From a candidate division FCPU426 bacterium (GTDB lineage Bacteria > Oederibacteriota > Muellerivitia > Muellerivitales > Muellerivitaceae), in NCBI GenBank assembly GCA_963796105.1, contig CAWCKJ010000006.1:224001-288000 (forward strand): a DNA stretch of 64,000 nucleotides, given 5' to 3'. Each line of letters starts with the position of its first letter. Positions within the stretch are counted from its first letter, which is position 1. The position numbers and the translations under genes are program-made. This document shows positions 39,504 through 47,123 of this stretch, piece by piece. Below the pieces are notes generated by a model, which saw only the letters and a list, made by a program, of their open reading frames with translations, was not told the origin of the DNA and did no database searches.

Positions 39504-39986
39504 ATGCCGACTTTCACTCCAGGTAAAGGTTCGTATATTAGCCTCAGGGAGATTCCATTTTTGCCATTCTGCAGGGTCGTATTAAAAGCGAAAAAGCCAC
39601 CAAATCCCGCTTATCCTAAAGAACTGAATACCTTGGGGGATCATATCAGGAAGCGCCGTCTTGATCTTGGTTTAAAACAGAAGGATGTTGCCTTGACCCT
39701 CGGAGTCGTCGAAGCAACAATCACTGGCTGGGAAAGGAACTGGTTTACTCCCAATATTTCCTGTCTGCCAAGAATTATCAATTACCTTGGTTATATTCCC
39801 CCGCCATACAACAAGGTCAGCAATAATACAGTTGAAAAAATAAAGCTCTATCGACAAATTCACGGACTGAGTCAGGAAAAATTTGCCAAATTGTTGGGGA
39901 TAGATGAAACGACTGTCGCTAAATGGGAGCGGGGCGAACACGAACCATCGAAAAAACTGATTGTAAAATTCTCGAAGTTACCTTAA
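39504..39986 (+). CDS. double XRE/Cro helix-turn-helix protein, copy 2
   Basis: PFC...L.AK.PPNPAYPKEL.T.GDH.RKRRLDLGL.QK shared with 34577..35077. Confidence 0.82.
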   Translation: MPTFTPGKGSYISLREIPFLPFCRVVLKAKKPPNPAYPKELNTLGDHIRKRRLDLGLKQKDVALTLGVVEATITGWERNWFTPNISCLPRIINYLGYIPPPYNKVSNNTVEKIKLYRQIHGLSQEKFAKLLGIDETTVAKWERGEHEPSKKLIVKFSKLP

Positions 39987-40346
39987 TCCGAAAAGGTTAA
40001 TTTTGTAAAAATACGAATGTGCATATTAACTACTGAAGGAAATTTTGGAGTTTTGGGTTTGCTAATTGATGAGAATTGGAAAGCTATTCTGGAAAAGGCG
40101 GAAGAAAAATAGAAGGGACTTTAATCTTGGGCATAGCTGGTTCCGACTTTCACTCTTAGTTAAGGGTCGCTTAACGGCAGAAGCGAGGGGCATTTCGGTT
40201 TCGTGGGTACATAGGGGGTTTTCCCTATGAGCGCCTTTGGAATAAGGGGAAGTTAGTCTTTTCTCGCCTATTTGCCAAACCTAGTACCTGAATTTGAAGA
40301 GTGGATATCTTGAAATTAATCCCTATTCGCCCCAATATCATCCGAA

Positions 40347-41147
40347 ATGACAAAGGAAAATCAAACAACGGACAAGATGGACGCTAAATCTTGGGATGGT
40401 CTTTCCCGCATGGCTTTCGCGGCCAATTGGGACCCTGAAAAGGCAATCGACTGGAACAGGCCCATTGAGTTGGGCGGGATCAAGGAAGGCTGGGTCAATA
40501 TCCTCCAGTATTTTTACGAGGGGGAATGGCAGGGCCTGGAAATCATACAGCGCCTGATGAATAAGGCATCGCATATATTCCGGAAGCCGGACATGGTGAC
40601 TTATTACTCCACCCAATGCTATGACGAATCCAAACACCTGTTCGTTTTCAAGAAATACCTTGAGAAACTGAACTCGCCTCCCTCCAAGCAAAAAGCCTTC
40701 GATTTGCTGGTATTCCTTTCCACCCGGGGTCCTATCCCGGTGGAACGCTGGATCCTTGCGACCTTTTTCACCGAGACTTTGGCCGCGGCGATTTTCCAGC
40801 GGTCTTTGGAGTTGGAGACTGTAGATGATACGGGAAAAGACATGATCCGTATGATGCTCAAGGATGAATCCAGGCATATTGCTGGTACCAAGCTGGGGGT
40901 TCAGACCCTGATGTATCATTCGGGGCCTATCAAGACGGCGGTCTTGAGGTTTTGGTGGGGACTATTCGTGAAACTGGCGGTGGGGGAAGTCAGGAGGTTG
41001 AAGCCCTTCGGAGACCAGGTGGGAATGGATCCTGAAGCCATCCTGCAGAAAACATTCTCCAGGATGTCGGAGCTGGAGGATTTCTCCCGGAAATTTTTAA
41101 GCAGGGGTCTTTCCAGGAGCTTTTGCGCCTCGAAAACAACGGTTTAA
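40347..41147 (+). CDS. ferritin-like di-iron protein (AurF-like)
   Basis: WDPE..IDW, EGE, DESKH, TE, DESRH: paired ExxH motifs. Confidence 0.75.
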   Translation: MTKENQTTDKMDAKSWDGLSRMAFAANWDPEKAIDWNRPIELGGIKEGWVNILQYFYEGEWQGLEIIQRLMNKASHIFRKPDMVTYYSTQCYDESKHLFVFKKYLEKLNSPPSKQKAFDLLVFLSTRGPIPVERWILATFFTETLAAAIFQRSLELETVDDTGKDMIRMMLKDESRHIAGTKLGVQTLMYHSGPIKTAVLRFWWGLFVKLAVGEVRRLKPFGDQVGMDPEAILQKTFSRMSELEDFSRKFLSRGLSRSFCASKTTV

Positions 41148-41214
41148 GGTCAAAGCGCTTAACTTACCAGCCCAAGCGGGTTACAATCGTTTTTAAGTTT
41201 AAACGAAACTCATC

Positions 41215-41325
41215 TTCACCACAGTGGTGCTTTGCACCACACAGAGACACAGTTTAAATCCTGTAAAATTTTGAGGTTTTATCTTACTGTGCCTTTGTGT
41301 GCCTCCAAAGGAGGCCTGTGGTGAA
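41215..41325. repeat. branched palindromic intergenic element
   Basis: TTCACCACAG...CTGTGGTGAA perfect 10-bp outer IR, inner IR CACAGAGACACAGT/ACTGTGCCTTTGTG and two side hairpins. Confidence 0.7.
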
Positions 41326-41377
41326 AGCCTTTTCGTTTGATGTTATTAGTTTATAACTCTTGTGGAGGAAATTTATC

Positions 41378-43030
41378 TTGGGATCACTTTCATTCATTCC
41401 CCTTGGAGGCCTCGGGGAAATCGGCAAGAATATGGCCCTTTTGGAGTATGACGGGCAGGCGGTCATGATTGACGCGGGAATCATGTTCCCGGACGACCGG
41501 CACCCCGGCGTGGATTACATCATACCCGATTTCAACTTTTTGGCGGAAACACCAGGCAGGCTTCAGGCGGTCTTGCTTACCCACGGACATGAGGACCATA
41601 TCGGCGCGGTTCCTTATCTGCTCCAGAAACTTAACGTGCCCATTTACGGGACGAAACTCACCCTGGGTTTTGTGAAGGCCAAGCTGGAGGAATTCAACCT
41701 GCCGGAGGAGCCCAAATTCGTTGAAGTGGACCCCAAACAGCCCTTTGATGTGGGGCCTTTCCATATCGAGTACATCCGGGTGACCCACAGCATCGTGGAT
41801 GGCTGTGGTATCGCCTTTACGACCCCGGCGGGGGTCGTGATCCACACAGGGGACTTCAAGATCGATCCCACCCCCATCGATGGCGTACCCATCGACTTGA
41901 ATCGCTTTGCCCACTACGGCTCAAACGGGGTTCTGCTCCTTCTTTCCGATTCCACCAACGTGGAACGGGAAGGTTATACCCTCTCGGAAAAAGTGGTGGG
42001 GGAGGAATTCGACAAAATATTTCCCAAGGCCAAACACCGCATTATCGTGGCTTGTTTCGCCAGCAACATCCACAGGGTTCAGCAGGTCATCGAGTCCGCC
42101 CGCAAGGTGGGCCGAAAGGTCTGCATCATGGGACGGAGCATGGTGAGAAACACCCAAGTGGCGAGGGATTTGGGGTTCATGAACGTCCCTGCCAATATCA
42201 TTGTGGCACCTGAAAGCTTGAAAGGCATGGACCCTGAGAAGGTTGTCATCGTGACCACCGGAAGCCAGGGCGAACCCATGAGCAGTGTGACGAGAATGGC
42301 CATGGGAGACCACAAGCAGGTTTCCATCCATCCGGATGACCTGGTTATTCTTTCCGCCCGCACTATTCCGGGAAATGAGCGCGCCATTTCCAACATCATT
42401 AACCTGCTTTACCGCAGGGGCGCCGAGGTTCTTTACGAGGCAGTCTCTGAAATACACGTATCTGGGCACGCCTGCCGGGAAGAACAGAAGATCATGCTAT
42501 CCCTGGTAAAACCCAAGTATTTCGCTCCGGTTCATGGGGAGTACCGCCATCTGGTCATGCACGCCAGGATGGCCGAGGAAATGGGCATGCACCCGGAAAA
42601 CACCTTGGTGCTGGAAAATGGGGAGAAACTGCTCATCGAGAATGGGGAAGCCAGGATCGAGAAGGATCAGCCGGGTGGAAGCATCCTCGTGGACGGCAAG
42701 CATATCGCCGATGTGGGCGAGGTGGTCTTGCGGGATAGGCTTCACTTGTCCCAGGATGGGGTGGTTGTGGCATTAGTGACCGTGGACGCGTCCAAGGGGA
42801 TGGTAGTGGGTGGACCCGACCTGGTGACCAGGGGCTTTACTGAAAGCCTGTCGGATGACTTGATGGTGGAGGCCCGGGAACGCATAAAGAAGGTCTTGGA
42901 AAGTGAATTGAAGGACAAAATGACCGATTGGGCAAGCGTGAAGGAAGTCATGCGCAAATCCCTCCAAAAGTTCTTTTCACAGAAATCCGACCGCAGGCCC
43001 ATGATTTTGCCCGTCATCATGGAGATTTAG
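41378..43030 (+). CDS. rnj: ribonuclease J
   Basis: PLGGLGEIGKN, THGHEDHIG, HTGDFK, DSTN, HVSGH, PVHGE; TTG start after GGAGG. Confidence 0.95.
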   Translation: MGSLSFIPLGGLGEIGKNMALLEYDGQAVMIDAGIMFPDDRHPGVDYIIPDFNFLAETPGRLQAVLLTHGHEDHIGAVPYLLQKLNVPIYGTKLTLGFVKAKLEEFNLPEEPKFVEVDPKQPFDVGPFHIEYIRVTHSIVDGCGIAFTTPAGVVIHTGDFKIDPTPIDGVPIDLNRFAHYGSNGVLLLLSDSTNVEREGYTLSEKVVGEEFDKIFPKAKHRIIVACFASNIHRVQQVIESARKVGRKVCIMGRSMVRNTQVARDLGFMNVPANIIVAPESLKGMDPEKVVIVTTGSQGEPMSSVTRMAMGDHKQVSIHPDDLVILSARTIPGNERAISNIINLLYRRGAEVLYEAVSEIHVSGHACREEQKIMLSLVKPKYFAPVHGEYRHLVMHARMAEEMGMHPENTLVLENGEKLLIENGEARIEKDQPGGSILVDGKHIADVGEVVLRDRLHLSQDGVVVALVTVDASKGMVVGGPDLVTRGFTESLSDDLMVEARERIKKVLESELKDKMTDWASVKEVMRKSLQKFFSQKSDRRPMILPVIMEI

Positions 43031-43135
43031 CCCCCGGCAATAATTACGATAAAATCCATCCAGTTCGGATGGTAATAGGTTTTATTTTTGGTCATTGCCA
43101 TCCAAATTAAATAAAAGCCTAAATAAACCAGATTT

Positions 43136-43340
43136 TTAGCTGGGATGCAGGGGATGAATGCAGATAAACGCCTCAAAAAGGTCTCGGGTCATGACAAGTG
43201 CTTTGCACTTGCGCCCGATGGGCGTCATGGTCAAGCCTACGGACCGTGGAAAAATTAATTTTTCCATCGGCGTCAGCTGGACCATAGAACATGATCAAAA
43301 TGCGCTTTAAATCCCATGTATCCCATGCATCCGTGGCTAA
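43136..43340. repeat. MITE-like element with imperfect ~30-bp inverted ends
   Basis: TTAGCTGGGATGCAGGGGATGAATG ... CATGTATCCCATGCATCCGTGGCTAA; internal hairpins; ATCCGTGGCTAA recurs at about 45504-45515. Confidence 0.6.
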
Positions 43341-43549
43341 AGTCTATTTGGGACAGGTGTGATTTGTGGTAAATTCTTTGCCTTAAATACCGATTGTTAA
43401 TGGCATTTTCCCGCTTAAGAGAATTTCCGAAAGTAACTGGCAAATAATAAAATGATGAAGGGCTATTGCTTCTTGTGGGGTAATAGGTCAATTCTAAGCA
43501 CAACGTTAAGTTGTGCCGGAATGAGTAACCCTATATTCAGGACCAATTC

Positions 43550-44818
43550 ATGAACCTGCGAATGCCTGCCGCTTTCAATTTAAGCGATGTTATCGAAGGC
43601 GAATTCGTAGAGCCTCATTTCCAACCCATCGTTTCCATCGGTAAAAAATCCATCCTCGGTTACGAGGGTTTGACCCGTGGAATCCATCCCATTCACCTAC
43701 AGAGTATTTATCCCTGCGATTTGTTCACGGAAGCCAAGATCCAGGGGCTCACCTTCTCCCTTGACCAGCTTTGCCGCCAAAAGGTATTGGAACAGTTCAA
43801 GGTGATATTGGAAAAACAGCCGGATTGTTTCCTGTCCTTGAATTTCGAGGCGTCGGTCATTGACCAGAAGAAAACCGAACCCGTGAACCTGATCCAGCAA
43901 GTCCTTTCCCTGGGCCTGAAACCCGAATGTATCGCCATGGAAGTCATCGAGTCCCAAGTGGAGGATCTGGCGAAACTCCAGGATTTCATCCAGACTTATC
44001 GAGGATACGGTTTCCTGATCGCCTTGGATGACGTCGGGGCAGGGCACTCCAACCTCAATCGGATACCCCTTTTAAAACCCGATATCCTCAAGATTGACCG
44101 TTTCCTGGTGGATGGTATTTCAAAGGATTTTTACAAACTGGAGGTATTTAAATCCCTGGTGGGTTTGGCCCGCCAGATCGGGGCCTTGATCGTGGCGGAG
44201 GGGATTGAAGAGGAGGAGGACGCTTTAACGATAATGGAATTGGGTGTGGACATGCTTCAAGGCTATTACATCACCCCGCCCCAGAGATTTAATGAGTTGA
44301 ATAGCCAAGTCTCGGAAGAACCCATCCAACACCTATCCCAAAGATTCAGGGAAATGGTCCTGGAAAAACTCGACATTAAGCGTTTTAACCTCCGTAAATA
44401 CGAACTCATGACCAGGGATATCCAAATAGAAATTGTCAAAGTCCAGGTAGGTGATTTTGATAGGAAACTTTCCGAGATCATCCATTATTTTCCCTTGGTG
44501 GAATGTGTTTATGTCTTGGATGAGCAAGGCGCGCAGGTCACGGAAACAATCTTCGGTGAAAACGAGGGCATCTCCAGGAACCGAACTATGTTCAGGCCCC
44601 GGAAGGCTGGTTCGGACCATTCCCTGCGGGATTATTACTATATGCTGGTGGAAGGTGGTTTGAAGAAAACCACTTACGTCAGCGAGGCATACTTGTCCCA
44701 ATCCACAGGAAACCTTTGCGTGACCTTCTCCCGGATATTCACCGATTTAAACGGCGCCAACCGCATCTTATGCGCCGATATCAATACCCAATACCTGAAG
44801 CAAATTCCTACTTTTTAA
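43550..44818 (+). CDS. EAL-domain c-di-GMP phosphodiesterase-like protein with YkuI_C-like C-terminal sensory domain
   Basis: FQPIV, YEGL.R, LN, E..E, IALDDVGAG.S, LKID, AEGIE, QGY; C-terminal DHS.R.YY...SE.Y.S..TG..C.T. Confidence 0.9.
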   Translation: MNLRMPAAFNLSDVIEGEFVEPHFQPIVSIGKKSILGYEGLTRGIHPIHLQSIYPCDLFTEAKIQGLTFSLDQLCRQKVLEQFKVILEKQPDCFLSLNFEASVIDQKKTEPVNLIQQVLSLGLKPECIAMEVIESQVEDLAKLQDFIQTYRGYGFLIALDDVGAGHSNLNRIPLLKPDILKIDRFLVDGISKDFYKLEVFKSLVGLARQIGALIVAEGIEEEEDALTIMELGVDMLQGYYITPPQRFNELNSQVSEEPIQHLSQRFREMVLEKLDIKRFNLRKYELMTRDIQIEIVKVQVGDFDRKLSEIIHYFPLVECVYVLDEQGAQVTETIFGENEGISRNRTMFRPRKAGSDHSLRDYYYMLVEGGLKKTTYVSEAYLSQSTGNLCVTFSRIFTDLNGANRILCADINTQYLKQIPTF

Positions 44819-44944
44819 CTGATTGCTGAGGACCCTTTGTTTTGCGGGCCTCTTTGAGACGCTTTAATTATGTTAAAATAGAGTGTCTTTAGGACGTGAT
44901 GAATTTCCGCGATTTTTAAATCAATCGTTTAATGGCTAAAGAAA

Positions 44945-45127
44945 ATGAAAAAATCGGTTAAAAAATTAAAACTTGGCGAGGAATTACCCCGGGATAACGC
45001 CGCTTATTGGTTAAGCCGTTCAGCGGAGGAGCGCATCGCGGCGGTGGAAATATTGCGGAGGGAATATTATGGAAGTTCAGCCCGACTTCAAGGAATTGTT
45101 CGAATTATTAAATCGGCTAAAAGCTGA
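44945..45127 (+). CDS. small protein typically paired with a nucleotidyltransferase (antitoxin-like)
   Basis: YWLSRS.EERIAAVE.LR; overlaps the start of the downstream NTase. Confidence 0.6.
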   Translation: MKKSVKKLKLGEELPRDNAAYWLSRSAEERIAAVEILRREYYGSSARLQGIVRIIKSAKS

Positions 45128-45482
45128 ATATATAATTGTGGGGTCCTATGCTTTAGCTTTTCATGGCGCTCCCCGGAATACGGGGGATATTGATGTTTAC
45201 GTAAAACCTCATCCGGATAATGCCGCTAAGATCCTGAAAGTCTTGAAGAATTTCGGTTTTGATTCCCTTCATCTAAGCGAAGGGGATTTCACTCAGCCGG
45301 GACAAGTCATCCAATTGGGTAACCCGCCTGTCCGTGTTGATTTACTCACATCCATTACCGGCGTCACATGGGAACAAGCCAACCGAGGAAAAGCCGCTGG
45401 CAAGTATGATATAAATCTGCCCCGGCAACCCTCGTATTCGGCTGGTAGCCTCATGCGGCTTGTATCGTACCGATCTCTCTAA
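45069..45482 (+). CDS. nucleotidyltransferase (DUF6036-like), C-terminus probably truncated
   Basis: DFKE...LN....EY.IVGSYA..FHG.PR.TGDID, RVDLLT.I.GV; lacks the usual K...GR.KD..D ending. Confidence 0.75.
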   Translation: MEVQPDFKELFELLNRLKAEYIIVGSYALAFHGAPRNTGDIDVYVKPHPDNAAKILKVLKNFGFDSLHLSEGDFTQPGQVIQLGNPPVRVDLLTSITGVTWEQANRGKAAGKYDINLPRQPSYSAGSLMRLVSYRSL

Positions 45483-45521
45483 GGTTTTATAGATGATCTG
45501 CAAATCCGTGGCTAAAAAGGT

Positions 45522-47123
45522 TTATGCCATATCCACCAGTTTGTGGTTGGGGCATTTGCGCTGGGTATATTCCTTTTCCCATTGGCTCTTGAACAGGATG
45601 ACAGGCCGGTCGAGGCGGTCCCTGGTTTTCACTATTTGAACCGGGGGATCGAAGGTTTCAGGGTCCCCAATCAGCCAGGCGCTGGTTTGATAGGGCAGTA
45701 ATTCCAGCTGGGTGTCGGCCCCATATTCGTTCTTCAACCGGTACTGCAATACGTCGAATTGCAGGCGGCCCACGGCGGCCACGTAATAATCCATGTCATT
45801 CCACCGCCTCAGCAGTTGGGCCGTGCCCTCCTCGGTCATTTGCTTCAATCCCTTGTCGAAAGTTTTGCGCTTGGTTACGTCCTTGGGCCTCAATTGGGCG
45901 AATATCTCGGGCTGGAACTGGGGAAGGGGCTTGAAGTTGAACCCCCCATCCTGGGAGAGGGTGTCGCCGATGGAAAAGACCCCCGGGTTGATGACTCCCA
46001 CGATGTCGCCGGGATAGGCCATCACCAGGCTGTTCCGGTCTGAGGCCAGCATGGAATGGGGCTGGGAAAGCCGCAGTTTCTTGTCCAGCCGGTGGTGCAT
46101 CACCATCATGTCCCGTTCGAACCGCCCCGAGCAGACTCTCATGAATGCCGTGCTGTCCCGGTGCTTGGGGTTCATGTTGGCTTGCAGTTTGAAAATATAG
46201 GCGGAGAAGGGATTCTCCACCGGGTCCACGGAGATTTCATCCCCCGTTGGGAGATCGGCGTGCCTGGCACCTGGCGGGGGGGCTATTTCCACGAAGGCGT
46301 CAAAAAAGGGCTCCACGCCGAAATTGGTCAGGGCTGAGGCGAAAAAGACGGGGGTCACCTCGCCGTTCAGGAATTTTTGGGGGTCAAAGGGATTACCGGC
46401 CACATCGAGGAGTTCCAGCTCATGGCGCAATGTTTCTCGCTGTTCGGGAGTGAGCCGTTCCTGGGCCATCGGGTCCTTCAGGGGGATCCTGTCCACGGAA
46501 GCCTTGGAGGCCCCAGCGACGGACTTCTTGGCGAACAAGAGAAGCTCCCGGGTGCGACGGTCCACCACGCCCGTGAAATCCCGCCCGCTTCCCACAGGCC
46601 AGTTGATGGCCGAGGAATGGATCTTCAAGACCTGTTCCACTTCCTCCATCAGGTCCAGGGGGGCCCTGCCGGGAAGGTCCATCTTGTTGATGAAGGTCAT
46701 GACGGGAATGCCCCTCAGGTGGCAGACGTCGAAAAGCTTGCGGGTCTGGGTCTCCACGCCCTTGGCGGCGTCGATGACCATGATGGCGCAATCGGCGGCG
46801 GTCAGAGTGCGGTAAGTGTCCTCGGAAAAATCCTGGTGGCCCGGGGTGTCCAGGACGTTGATGATGGCATCCTTGTAGGGGAACTGCATGGCCGAGGCGG
46901 TGATGGAAATGCCCCGCTCCTGCTCCATGCCCATCCAATCCGAAACGGCCGTCTTGCCGCCTTTTCGGCCCCGCACCATGCCGGCGGTCTGGATCATGCC
47001 GGAATAGAGGAGAAGTTTCTCGGTCAGGGTGGTCTTGCCCGCGTCCGGGTGGCTGATGATGGCGAAGGTACGGCGTTTCGCGATCGCGTTCTTGATTTCA
47101 ACGGCCAAGGCTGGGTCGGTCAT
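45522..47123 (-). CDS. prfC: peptide chain release factor 3
   Basis: RRTFAIISHPDAGKTTLTEK, DTPGHQDFSEDTYR, QANMNPKHRD, VG.LQFDV. Confidence 0.96.
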   Translation of the reverse strand: MTDPALAVEIKNAIAKRRTFAIISHPDAGKTTLTEKLLLYSGMIQTAGMVRGRKGGKTAVSDWMGMEQERGISITASAMQFPYKDAIINVLDTPGHQDFSEDTYRTLTAADCAIMVIDAAKGVETQTRKLFDVCHLRGIPVMTFINKMDLPGRAPLDLMEEVEQVLKIHSSAINWPVGSGRDFTGVVDRRTRELLLFAKKSVAGASKASVDRIPLKDPMAQERLTPEQRETLRHELELLDVAGNPFDPQKFLNGEVTPVFFASALTNFGVEPFFDAFVEIAPPPGARHADLPTGDEISVDPVENPFSAYIFKLQANMNPKHRDSTAFMRVCSGRFERDMMVMHHRLDKKLRLSQPHSMLASDRNSLVMAYPGDIVGVINPGVFSIGDTLSQDGGFNFKPLPQFQPEIFAQLRPKDVTKRKTFDKGLKQMTEEGTAQLLRRWNDMDYYVAAVGRLQFDVLQYRLKNEYGADTQLELLPYQTSAWLIGDPETFDPPVQIVKTRDRLDRPVILFKSQWEKEYTQRKCPNHKLVDMA

